Shown here piece by piece: positions 46,876 to 59,260 of a stretch of DNA of 64,000 nt. How positions within the stretch are numbered: position 1 is the first letter of the stretch; the number at the start of each line of letters is the position of its first letter. The DNA comes from Lama guanicoe. Taxonomy: Eukaryota. The notes below the pieces were generated by a model. That model ran no database searches, was not told where the DNA came from, and saw only the letters and a list, made by a program, of their open reading frames with translations. The position numbers and the translations under genes were made by a program. The stretch lies in assembly GCA_013239625.1 (NCBI GenBank), contig MU053574.1:371844-435843 (forward strand), given 5' to 3'.

Positions 46876-49800
46876 GTGAGTCAGAAACCTGAACGCGGCT
46901 TCAGCTGATCTCACCTAATTAACTTTCTGTCGCTTTCTACAGTGGAAGGGCCTTGTAAGCTGACGGAGAGCCATTAACCCTTGTGATCCCCAAATGAGTC
47001 CCAGAATAGCCAGTGGCAAAAACTAAAACCCTTCACAGCTTCAGCACGTGACAGCCTTCGCTGCGTTGTGCGCGCACTGAGCGGCCTGTTGCACATCGTT
47101 CTCCTTTAAGGCAGAGGTCTGGATTTCATTTCTCTAATGTGTGTGCACCGCCCTCACCGCCAGCTTCCTAAAGAGCTTTTTTATTCACAGGTTTTGTTTC
47201 TTGCCATTAATTAACGCCTTGGACCTTTAAAGTTGACGTGTCTTTGAAAAAAAATAGTACTCTTAATTCATCACTTGGCTCCCCCTTCCCCAGGAAAAGA
47301 AACCGAGGAAAGAAATTGTTAGGAGCAGTCGAGGTAGGCCCCGTCAGTTTGGGGCCAAGGCTCCCCCTGCCATCTTGTGTGAGCCCCCACTGTGCCCGGA
47401 TCGTGGACTCGGCAGCCTGGAGCCTCCCTGATCTCACCCAGAAAAGGCCAAGAGAGCAGCGCTCCACCTGGCCAGGGTGGGTTAGGATGAAAGGGCCTCA
47501 GAGAGGAATTTTTTTTGTCGCGTTTTCCATAAGCTCTCCAGCGCCTGAAATGACAAACTTCTAAAACTGGGCTTCTAAAGGCACGCAGGTTTTCACACCA
47601 ATGTACGTTCACGATTTTCTTCTGCTCAGATAGAGTGCGGTGATGCACAGAGTGTCTTTGAAGGCCAGGGCAAGCCGCGTGTGTGGCAGGCTGGTGGGCG
47701 TGGACCCACACCGGGCACCGAGGCGGCCACAGCTACTCGGGGGCATCTCAGAAGCCACGCAGTGACGCCGGCACCCAGCCTGGCTCTGTGGGAGGCTCTC
47801 GTTTCTTGGTGCGCAGCCTGTGTTTTATGGAAAGCATCCCACGTAACCACAGGGCTCCTTCCCCCTGAAGCAGAGCTGGGAGAAGCGTGGTCTCCTCCCT
47901 CGGAACCGAAGGGCCCAGGCCGCCGGCACGCGGACCTGGGCTAGGGGAGCCTCGGGACTAAGGGCCGGCCACCCACTGGGAGAGCAGGGGCGTGGCCGCA
48001 GCGCCCGCGCCCCACCCCGCAGGCCCTCCCTCTCGCCCTAGTCGGACTTGCCGGCACCCTCAGCACTCTTTCAGGGTTGCCGAGCGGCTTCCTCAGGAGG
48101 TGTGCTTCACACCCTGCTGTCTTGGGGGAGGCACGGGCCCACTCCCGAGGGCTCTGGTGAGAACGCCAACAGGAGGGAGGTTTAGGTGTTCCTCTCGCTG
48201 AACTCTCTCATCTTGATACAGTTCGTCGGTTGAAAGGGTGGTTTTTATCTGTTTGGGGAAGACGTGCGTCCGTTACCTTCCTTGTGAGAGAAGTCTCTTG
48301 TCGATCCATCCGTCCGTCACTTTTCACCCCCAGCTGGCTTCTGGGTTCCCTGGGGCTGGAGGCTGCTTCACGCTGCTCTCTGTGGCCCCTTCTGAGTTAG
48401 GCCGGCACCGGATCAGGCCACTTTGCTCCAGAAATCCGGGGGGTTGAGATGAAACCCCTTGGTGTAGCCCATTCTCACGGCCTGGGAGCCCTTCTCCCTC
48501 CGTCCTGGGAACTCGCGTACCGTGGAAGGCGTTGTCAGAGCGGTGCGCGGTCGTCCCGTGTAGAAAGTGCTCGCTGCCCCTCAGCAGACGCCCTCTCACC
48601 CCACGGCGCCTCCTCCTTCTGCTCTAGACCCGCAAGTTCACGTCCTCCCCTGTCCCTCCCGTCAGCAGCCCTCTGGTTGGTCTGTGCTCGTTCCCTGCGC
48701 GTGATCTTGGAGAAACAGGCGCTCACAGTCGTGAAGTCACACGGTGACTGTGCAACCCAGAGTCGGCAGCAGGCGTGCCGCTGCCGCTCGGTGTTCTCGC
48801 AGCCTTTCTCTGTGATGGCAGGTTCAGGCGTAAGCCACAGACTGAACAAGGCGAAACAATCACTAGCACCAACGCGAACCATTCGTGAGCTGGGTGTGCT
48901 TCACAGGTGCGAAGAGGACGGTCATCCTTTATGATGGCTCGTCTGGAGGAAGAGCCAGCGGCATCCGTGAGAAAGCCAGCAGCGTGTTCCCCTTCAGGCG
49001 AGAACGCAGCGCAGGCAGGGACCTGGGCTCGGACGGGATGCTCAGGAAGGTGAAGACGGGAGCCTCGCAGGGGAGAGATTTGGGCCTTGCGTGCGCAGGG
49101 CGGCGTGGGAACGCTCACTTCAGGGGCGAAGGGTTCTGTAGGGGTCCCGCCTCGCCGGTTCCTCTGCTGAGTGTTCGCCCATTGGAGTGCCTGGGCCTGA
49201 ATGGCTGCCTCGTGGGCGAGGTGGGAACCCGAGTGATGATCAGAAGCCGATCGCTGCGTCGTTGCCTCAGCTTGCACTTCCTGGTTTCTGTTTGCGGAAA
49301 TCAGGGCAGCGTGTTGGGGATCTATACGCAGACGGTTTCTTTGACTTCATGCAAAATAATTAAATCTAATAACTAATTACACAGTGTGCCATGGAAAGAG
49401 GCAGACTTGATGATTTTGGAAATCCAAAATGTGCACATCTAAATATCCTAAAAGGGTGGCAGGAGGTGGAGGGAGGGAAATGTGTGTATGTTTGGTGCCT
49501 AAGAACCTGCGAGCCAGGTGGCAGGACGCCGGGATGGCTGATAAATTACTGGGAAGATTCGGGAAGGCAGGCGAGGCTCTCGGCAGCAGGGCCGTCACAG
49601 CAAATTGCCGCCTGCCCTTCTACGCCCAGCGGCCTGGAACTCACCCTGACAATTTAATTTAACAGAAGGGGCAGGAGACAGGTGCCCTGGGCTGTGGCCG
49701 CCTCCTTCTAAATGCTCAGAACTTTGTTTCTGCGTCCTTTTGACTGCTTTGTATTTGCCAACTTCTTAAGTTTTCCTCACTTCTCCTTTAAATGCATTTC

Positions 49801-51612
49801 CAATGAAAGTCATCATTGGTTTATTAAAATGTAAATGATTCACCAAAATGTGTGTTTCTTAGATCAGGCATAAGACAGTTCCTTGAATTTATTTATCTGT
49901 CTCTTCTAGTAAGGTGGGGTGGTTCAGATGTGCTGATAGAACCACGAATCAGCAGAGTAGATGTGCTTTGTTCCTCAGATGCAATGACTTCTTAGACGAA
50001 GAGGAAGACCCTTTTAAACTGTCACTCAGTTCATTCTCAGCTCCTGTTCACTAAGGTCAGCGGTCCCCAACATTGTCATGGGGACACCCGCAGCACACGA
50101 GCCATGCCCTGGCTGGGGTGCCGGCCGTCCCGGGCGCTTGAGGAATCCGCGCCTTTCTCCGGCCTGTAATTCTGTGTATCCCGGGCTGTGAACGGCATCA
50201 TCCTTCCTTTCTTTTTCCCGACTTCAGGATTTGACCCCAAGTTCTTATATTTCTTTTACTTTTGTATTCCCCACCCCACCTTTTTTTTCCTTAAGAAAAA
50301 AAAGGACGATAGAGTCAAGTCAGCAAGACAAAGGAAAAGACAGGACGGGGCTACGATTTTTACCTCCCTTCAGATTTCCAGGCCTAAATAAGAGGCAAAT
50401 CCGATAGCCGTAACATTTCTCTCCCACATGAAAAATAGATTTTCCTGTAAAAGCATGCACGTCTCCCCCCTAACCCCTACCTCTCGGGGTGAACACCGCC
50501 TTCTCTGGGTGACTCTTCCTGCTGTGAAAAGACTTCACGTACCCACAGGGCTGGGAGCCAGCAACGGAGAAGGAGCCGGGCGAGGGGTGGGGGCTGGGGG
50601 TGTTGAGGGACACGGTGACACGTTTCAGGTGAGTCGCTGCCGGAGACGTGGCGTGTTCATTCAGAGCTTTGTCAGAGTAACCTTCAGGGGACCCGGGGAG
50701 AGTTGTCTTCTCCCACGGAGGAGGTTGCCACTCAAGTTTTAATTTACCATTACATTAAAAAAAAAAAGACATGCAAGAAAATCATTTATCTTTTTATGAT
50801 CTGCTTTTCTCCCCCGGAGCACCTCATTCCCTTGTTCCTGTCTCCCTGGGATGTGTTTCCGCAGCGTCTGTTCCTTCCTTGGTCTCTAAAACTTGAGTCT
50901 GCTGTGAGCCCTCCCACGTGGAGGGCTGCGGGCTTGCTGAGCAGGGGGTACCGGGAGGCTGTCCAGACGCCACTGCTAGGCAGGGTGGGTTGTTCTGTTC
51001 TGGTTCCCGATGGTTTCTGTTGCCGGGTGAATCCTGAGTTCTGGTGTCCGCCGTGTGCCCAGAGCCCCGGATTCGTCAGAGACAGGAAGTGAAGTCTCTT
51101 CCGGGTAGATTAGGAGGGAGCGCCGGTGCATCGACGTAGTCGGTCACCTGTTTACTGTCACTCAGGTGTTCGCCCCCACAGTTAAGGGTCCTTTGCCATC
51201 TCCTTTCTTGTATTAAGTATGAAATTAAAGGGACAGTCCAAAATGTTTTCTGTTTTGTCATCTTCTGCCCAAGTCAAGGGAGTGTGTCAATAAGCAGAGC
51301 CATGTATTTAGTATTCAGGATTTATTGAGAAATAGTGCGATGATTCCTATAAAGGAAATTCTAAACGTAGCCTGCTTCAATTTATCAGGGAGGAAGGAGA
51401 CAGTAGGGAGTGTTACCCCACCCGTCCCTCTAATATCACAGAGGTCCCCTCCTTCCAGATTCTTGAACGTCTAGAAAATACCCGCTTTCGCAGGACCCGG
51501 TGTGGCTTCAGCTTTACGTGGAACCAGCCCGAGAGGCCGGTTCTGTGCGTCAAGATTCCGGACGTTTTTGAAAGAATGAAAAGTCGACCTTGATATACCT
51601 TTCCTTTTACAG

Positions 51613-51694
51613 CGTTTCTGAGATAAAGATGGAAGATATCCTGTCTGTTCTGACCAAGGATGATTGTTTTAAAAGGAGCCGACGTGGAAACCAG
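51613..51694 (+). CDS. DDX31: DDX31 exon 17
   Basis: TACAG|C ... CAG|GTGAGT. 82 nt, [27 protein letters not shown]. Confidence 0.94.
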
Positions 51695-51821
51695 GTGAGT
51701 TTTGTGTTTTAGTGTGCTTGCTGCTAACAGACGTGACTCAGTTCCTGACTTGGGGCCATAGAGCTCCTGTGTGGGGAGCAGTTATTTTTAAGGATCATGA
51801 ACATTAGATGAGGCCAAATAG

Positions 51822-51906
51822 TTTTTCTTTTTCTTTTTTAAGTGGAGGTACTGGAGATTGAACCCAGGACCTCGTGCGTGCTAAACACGAGCTGTTCCCA
51901 CCCGCC
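51822..51906 (-). mobile_element. Second tRNA-Ala-derived SINE, 5' part degraded
   Basis: Reverse strand reads ...GTGTTTAGCACGCACGAGGTCCTGGGTTCAATCTCCAGTACCTCCA then an A-rich tail; matches the 5903 copy. Confidence 0.82.
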
Positions 51907-52619
51907 TTGGTCAAATCTTGATTGTGTTTTTTCTCTGCTCTGGATGTGTTTGCTGGTCTCATCCAGTTAATGGGCTGTAGTCCGTTCTGGAAGTGTGCCA
52001 GGCAGCAGCAGGCCTTCCAGAAAGGAGGTCTCATCCCAGAAAGAGTTTGGAGGCAGTGTTCCACCCTCATCCCTGGTGGTCCCTCTCCAAATTACCAACA
52101 GGGCCCATCCACCCAGGGCAGCGTGGAAAAGGGAAATATCTCTAGATCTCCTTTCAGACACACTCAGTTCATCCATTTTTTAACGTGTGCTGTACACAGA
52201 GGAAGAGTAAAGTTGAGATCATTAAGAAGAAAAATGTTTATTATCCGCACAGTTCCATATGGAGGTCCTGAGCAGTCGCAGACAGCCCAGAGCATCCTTT
52301 CCTGCTTCTTTTTTGAGGTTCCCCCGTCTAGGAATCACTTCCTACCCCACTGTAACAGGTTACTCGGTAGATCGCGTGTACTTGTGTGTGTGTGTGTGTA
52401 ATTTTGTCCATGAAACTTTAATTTGGGTATTTTACGTTTGCTTTCTTATGCCTGAGGATAGACTGGAAAATCAGAGCCAAATAGATCAAGTTTAAGAGTT
52501 TCTTTTACACGTTAGTGTGTCTCTTTATTTGGATCGATATTCTCCCCGAGGCAAGGACTCGCTTTGACTGACCCTGACTTGAGTTCTCTTGCTCTGGAGG
52601 GTACCTAAGGAAACTTGCG

Positions 52620-52885
52620 TAAGGAAGTCAGAGGAAGTAATCACAGTGTCTGGTACCCAGCGTGTGTCCTGGACCTGGGACTGTGTTAAGCTCGTTATAC
52701 GCTTGGTCCCACTTAATCCTCTTGGCAGCCCTGTGAGGTAGATGTTACCCTCCCACTTTACAGATGAGGAAACTGAGGCTTGGAGAGTTGAGGGAACATT
52801 CACAAGGGCACATTGATGACCACTGGCCCTCCTGGGGTGTGAGAGCAGACATTCTAAGTTCAAAGCACGTGTCCTCCACTGTGTA
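52620..52885 (-). mobile_element. MIR SINE
   Basis: CTTAATCCTCTTGGCAGCCCTGTGAGGTAG...CCCACTTTACAGATGAGGAAACTGAGGCTTGGAGAG. Confidence 0.85.
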
Positions 52886-55800
52886 CCCGCCTGCCTCCCT
52901 TAGTAGTAATTAGACCAAGAAGATGGAACTAAGTTGCTTTTCCAATGAGGTAACATCAGCCACGCTCATAGAGGTGAAATTTGGTCAGTAAATGGTACCG
53001 CAGCAAAGGTCCCCATGAGTAAGAAACGTGGTTTAAGACTCAGTTGATCATATTATTTTAAGTGACACTGCGTCGCAAAGCATCCCGGCCACACTAGGCT
53101 TTGGACCATCCTGTACTCATAGTTTGTTGTCAAGGGACCTCACCGGAAACTAGACGCTCATTGGTCTTGGCATGCTCTTCTGTTCCTCTGACTGCAAATT
53201 CTAGTTAGGGTGGGGTTTTTGTTTGTTTGTTTGTTTATTTTTAATTTTCAGATGATCCCACAGCTGTTTAATTTTCACCGTGGGGCAGCTTCGTGGGGTA
53301 AGCGGGGGTGCCTGGGGAACAGCCGGGGGCAGTGCAGCTGGATGGTCAGGAGTGTGGCCTGGGGTCCCATTCCTAGTCTCCCCAGCTGCGTGGCTTTGGG
53401 CCGGGACTGCACCCTCCTAAGCCTCGGTTTCTCCACGTGTGAAACGGAGGCAACGTTCGTATTCTTCTCAGAGGAGGTCGCAGGGGTTCAGGAGGAAGCA
53501 GCCCGGAAGTCCGGGCGCCGATAGCAGAGGGCGCCTTCACTATGGGTGTTGTTACTGTGGCCACATCAGTTAGTAGCAGGTGTGGGAGCAAGGCCCAGAC
53601 TCAGTGACACAGCGCCTCGTCCCTTGTTCTGCTGAGTCACACCAAGTGGAAAACCAGCGTCTGCCTGCCCTCCCGAAACAAGGGCAGGCGGGACCACGGC
53701 AAAGTGAGGCCGGAGAGGTTTGGTCGGATCTGGTCTTTACGGCCTGTTTCCGCGACGGGCCCTGGGGTGGGTGTTTACCCCGAGCACAGATCGGCTCTCT
53801 CCGGGGCTCCAATGGCCGCTGCATCTGCACGTGTCCGGGGCAGCAGGTGGACGGCGCGGGGGCCCTGCTGAAGGACGTGTTCCCCGAGCGGGAGCAGAGC
53901 AGCTGCCCCTCCCTCTGCTCTTTCAGGGATGAGCCATGGCCGTTCTTTTGAGCCTCTGCCCCCTGTGGCCTGGCTGCACCAGTTTCTCCCCTGAGGCCGG
54001 CCTCGAGGACCACTGAGCTGGAGGGGCCGGGGGAGGCCGTGGGTGAGAGCTGGGCCCGAGGCAGGCACACAGGCATGGGTTCGAGTCCTTGTCCCCCAGC
54101 TGGTCATCCTGCAGCTGGGGGCTTCCAGTCCTCCCCAGCCTCAGTTACCCGTCTGTGGGGTGAGGCCCACCCCAATGCCCGGTGCTGGGAGGTCTCAGTA
54201 AGACAGGGCACAGAGCGCCCCGCACGCTGCTGGGTCATGCGAGCTCACCTCAGCCCTGGCTCTGCCTTGGTGGGTAGGAACGAGGGGAATGTTTTGATGG
54301 TCTTATGGTTTGGTGATCGTTGTTTTCAAAAAGAAAAAGTGCTAGGCAAGATCGAGCTTTCACCAACACCAAACTAACTGGTTACCTTAGAAAACTTAGC
54401 TAATCATAGCAGGCTCAGGTCCGTGAACACCACTTGTTTGATCAACTTTAGTTCGGAGGACAGAGGAAAACTAAACTGAATTGACAACATTGCTATCACG
54501 TAGACGTCCAGCCAGAGAGCTATATAACTATGTGTGTGACTCACGTGACCAGTAAAGAGAGACCAGAAAAGAGAACCAAGTAAATGCTGGATACAACTTT
54601 TAATTCTGTTTTACATAAAAAAGACAGCATGTCTTAACTGGCATTCTCAGTTTGGACAGTTCCCTGGAGCAGACACACCAGTGCCGGGCGGAGCAGTGTG
54701 GCCTCAGCAGACAGGCCTGCTGCACACACGGCCAGACAGACCCTCATTAGGGTGTCCCTCTTCCCCAGCTTGGTTCGAGTCCATTGTAAACGTCCCTCTG
54801 GCGCGTGTGTTTTTGGGTTTCTGTGAACAGAAAGAAAGCGAGCGAAGCATCTGTAAAATGTATATTTCATATTTAGGTAGATGAAATATATATAGCTACG
54901 TCTGGGTGTGTGAATGTTCACCCACCTACAAAGAGAATAAATTCCATCTTTGAGCTTGACTGGGAAGCGCTCAGAAGGTTCTAGGGACCGTAGGGGTAAA
55001 ACTCAGCTTGGCAATAAAGTGATTAAAACAAAATCTTTCCATTTAGTTTAAAAACACCTAGAAGTTGGCAAGATCAAGACACATGCTTAAAAAAAAAAAA
55101 AAGCCACCCTCCACCGACCGCTGCTCCCACCCAAAACTTTTACAGCACAGATAATCCAGCCTGCCAACCGTAAACTCATTTGTTGCCTCTTGGTCTGCAT
55201 GAATTTTCCTTCTTCACAGGGTAGGCACACATCCAGACATGTTCCCCTAAATGTATTTTTGTCCTATGAAATATGCCCGTAAGCTTATCCTAACTGCACA
55301 CTCACTGGCGTGGCAAGATACTAAAGCAAGACCTCTAGCCCTTTGCTCAGTGCTTTTTGATTATCTGTCCCTTCCAAGGTCAGCAGGGTCTTACTGACAA
55401 AGGGTTTTGAGTGTGTATAGACCTTTTGGACCTTGTGGTCCATTAGTTGCAGGTGAGCATCTCTAAGCAACCCTGGGTCTGCGTTGTTGAGGGTGGGAGG
55501 GCCAGTCCTGTGGGGCAGCCGCGTGCCCTGCGGGTCTGACCCACTCTCGTTTCGGGAGCGTCTGACCTGTCTGGGGCTGAGCTGGTGCTGCATGACTCTA
55601 CCCCCTCTGGCTTCAGTTTAAATTTAGACTGTCCTCCCCCAAAGACAACTGAGAAATACCTCAGTCATTCTCAAGAGGGGCGATTTTTAAAATAGCGTAT
55701 TTCTGGAAACGAGGGGCGGACAGAGGGTGAGACCGGCTTTCTCCTAAGTACGCTGTGTTTTCTGCCATCAACTTTTTCTTACATTTCTCTAAAACTGACC

Positions 55801-57921
55801 TCATCATTTCAAACGTGTGAACCTAGTCTCATCGCCTTTTTTCCTACAGATTTCACTTGTATACACACTCACATTATCTATATATGTGTAATTTTTTTCT
55901 TTTTCCTTTTTTTTTTATGGTTGGGAAGAAAAGATGCCTCATTTTGAAACCTAAAGGGGGGAATAAGAAAAGCCCTTTGTAATATATTGCCATATTATCA
56001 CTAAATCCCCTGACAGTTGTGACACAGAAGCAAGTCACCTGTCACTTAAGCTTGAGGTCTCTTTAATTTTCTCCTGGAATTCGCACCAGGCTGTCTTTAA
56101 TTTGAGGCCTTTATTGGAATTCTGAAACCTCTCTGCCTCCCTGGCTCTCAGATCTATTCTGAGAGCTGTTACAGAATGTATACAATAACCAACAGAAGGA
56201 TTCGAGAGGACTGGGGCTCTGTTTACTTAACACTCTAGAGGGATTTTTGTGCTTATTCGGTCCTGGCTGCCCGGCTTTCAATATCGCTTTGACAACCATT
56301 CTGCCCTTCTCATTAATTTTAAACAGTTAAAACACAGGAAAAAGAGGAAAAAGTTTTCATTATTAAAGTGCTTTACTTTTTAATAACAGAGGATTCTGTC
56401 CGCCAGGGGAAAGGGCATCCTTGCTAATTTCACATTCATATTAAAAAAAAAAAAACACGCAAGGAAGGTGACAGTTGTGCTGCTGAGGTGGCTTAACGAA
56501 AGAGGGCAGCAAAAAAAAAAAAAGTTTGCATTTCACGTCAGTTAAGGGGGTAGAAAAAAAATCCTCGTTAACGACAACAGCAAATGTCCACTTTCGTAAC
56601 ACAGCTCCTGAGTGACTTTTCTCTTGACATTTGAGTGGATAAAACCCTTAGGGGGACCATGTACTGTGAAACCGGCTAGACTGTTGTCAACCAAACAGGT
56701 AGCAGGAATGATTTGACTAAACTAAGAACATCTTCAGGTTGTTAAATCTCTATCAATCCGGAGACCGATGTCGCTAGGAGGGGGCTTTTTCTCTCCTCCT
56801 TCCTTTGTTCTTCCCCCAGCAGCTTTCAGCGCAGGAGAGACCCCAAGCCCGGCTAGGGCACGGTCACCCAGGCCCGGGCGCGCACACCCTGTCCCCGCAG
56901 GGGATAAAAGAAGAGCGAGCTGGCCCTCCCACTGGCTTTTTCCTGGTGACCTACGTGGTCGGGGGGCTGGGGAGAGGTGCGGATAGAGCTTAATAGCACC
57001 GTTCGCGGAATGGGCACCTTTGGGGAGACACGGTCGCCAGACCAGGCTGGAGCGTCTGAGTTCTTCTCGGCCTCAGCTTCACGTCCAGGAGGAAGCCTTC
57101 CGGCTTGTTTTAAGACACAGGAAACACAAAGCCCTTGTTTTCAGAGGGACGTGGAAAGAGGAGGCTCTTCTGTGAGGTTGCAGAAGGATGAGAAGAAAAT
57201 GAGCCTTTGTTTTATGCCCATTTTCCACCTGTAGAGGGTCCTTCAGGGCCTACAGATGTTCCCTTTTACTGGGGGGCCGTTGGCTGCAGAGCCACATGCT
57301 GTCTTCCTCGCGTGTGGTTTGCTGCGAGAGCCCACTCGCTCCCCCACAGGTTCCTGGGGGCTCAGCACAGCGGTCTGGGCCGAAAGCCCGGGTCTGAAAC
57401 ACGAAGTCTGAGTGTCCTAGGGCCGGGGACACGTGCTCTGCAGCTCCAGGACGGGCCGTAGGCAGGTCGCTGTGGGAGGCCGTTCAGCAGGAGTGGTCAG
57501 TGTTCCGTCGATGAGTACAGGGCAGGGCAGGGGATTTAAGGCCAGAGTAGAACACGCAAGATTCATTTGAAAACCGCTTATGTGCAGTGATGTTCTAAAC
57601 GCCTGAGCTGGACCTGGACAATTCCAGCGTCTCCAGTGGACTTTTTTTTGAACCTGAGTGCTATGAGGCCAGGAAGAAAAGTAGGTAAATAAGTAAATAA
57701 ATAAAGAGGCCTGGTCCGCTCCCTCTCAAAGCCACCCTCGTCTTTGCTCGACTTTAACATCTTCATAGCCCTCTCTTTCTCCCTAGTAATATTGAAAGGA
57801 TTACCCTTGTTGGCCCCTAGGTGGTTACTGTGTGATTTTACTGTTATTAAATCTATTATAAACTGCTTCATTATTCCTGACTCTGACTCTGTCTCCTTTA
57901 ATCCTTCCATCACCCTCCCAG

Positions 57922-58033
57922 AAATCCCACGCCGTTGGCCCCCAGGAAATCCGAGAGCGAGCCACAGTCTTGCAGACGGTGTTTGAAGATTACGTGCACT
58001 CCAGCGAGAGGAGGGTCTCCGGGGCCAAGAAAG
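57922..58033 (+). CDS. DDX31: DDX31 exon 18
   Basis: CCCAG|AAA ... AAG|GTCGGT. 112 nt, [37 protein letters not shown](A). Confidence 0.94.
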
Positions 58034-58859
58034 GTCGGTCAGTTTCTTAGGTGGTGGTGGGTGGGTAACCCAGCAGAGCCTCAGCCCCAGCTCCACCCGC
58101 TTGGCCCCCGGACAAGCTGAGAGGCCAAGCAGGCGTCTCTGCTCCCTGGCAAAGCCTTCAATCTCCCTAATTCTGCAGGGTTTGGAAGCAGGCACGGAAG
58201 GCTTTAAAGTGATATTAAATGTTAATTTCATCCTTCCCCGTGTTTTGCACAAATGAGGCTTTATCTTGGCTTACATCAGGACTCGAGCTTTGACCCAGCA
58301 GCTTGAATCTGAGGGATCCATTTTTCTCTTTCTTTGAAAACTGCAAGGAAGAGACATGACATGTCGGTGGAAATAGCTGTAGAGATGGAAATTAGAGGTG
58401 ACGGTAAGGGCTGGAAACATTAGACCTAAGCAGTTCCTGTTTGAAAGTACAAATGAAAATGAGAAAGAACAGTGCAGAGGAAGGACTGTAGACCATGAAC
58501 CCAATTCCAAGGAAATCTGCCAGAGAGTTAGGTATTAATTTAATGTTCAGGCCCTTTGTAGGATTAATTGGCTCCTGGGATCATCAGGCATTAGGTGTGG
58601 ACTCCACAGCCCACTTTGAGCACAGAGCAGAGTACAGGGGAAGGGCGCTTGGAACAGCTGAATGTCTTTTATGATGGAACGTGTGTGTCTTGGCCAGTGA
58701 CTCTCCCATGTGTGCTTATGAGACCTCCCCCTTGTTGGGGGAGCCACAGTTCTTGGTAGTTACCTGCTATTTTGAGAAGAATGCCAGTCTGGCTTCCAAT
58801 AGATGAACACTGTAGCATTCTTGCTTTTCTTCTCCTTATGAATTGAAACTTTAAAAAAA

Positions 58860-59260
58860 ATTCATTTCACAAACATTTATTGTGTTGGGCACTATTCCAG
58901 GTGCTCAGGATACCACAGGGATCAAACCAGACGGAAGTCCTCACCTTTCTAACAGTCTAGTCGGGGAGCAGACAGTGAATGTAATGGACATAGTGAGTAA
59001 GTTACCCGGGAACCAGATCGTCTGGTGAAAGGGGAGGAGAGCAGAGCAGGTGAGGGGACGAAGGGGTGAGGGCAGAGCGAGCCCGTTGCACAGGAGGCAG
59101 AAACCCCAAGGGGGCCTGCCCTGGGGTGGGGAGGCTCTGACTGAGGGCATCCAGGCAGTGGGGACAGAGCGCAGGGGAACGCAGGACAGCAGGGTGGCTA
59201 GTGGGAGGGGGAGGGCGAGTGGAAGGGGAGCCACTGGAGGGAGACCTGGTCTGATAGGTC
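58860..59260 (-). mobile_element. L2 remnant
   Basis: TTCATTTCACAAACATTTATTG...GGGCACTATTCCAGGTGCTCAGGATAC antisense L2 end. Another fragment at about 62920-63070. Confidence 0.7.

Noticed and set aside
48449..49376. ORFs of 161, 163 and 184 aa in intron 16
   Set aside because: GC-rich intron, mutually overlapping frames, no recognisable homology or exon signals.
57890..57921. TCCTTTAAT before the exon 18 acceptor as a U12 branch point
   Set aside because: Imperfect match, and the intron's donor is the U2-type GTGAGT, not the U12-type GTATCCTT.
57578..58252. 224-aa minus-strand ORF across DDX31 exon 18
   Set aside because: Starts at a non-ATG codon, no recognisable motifs; most simply a chance antisense frame.
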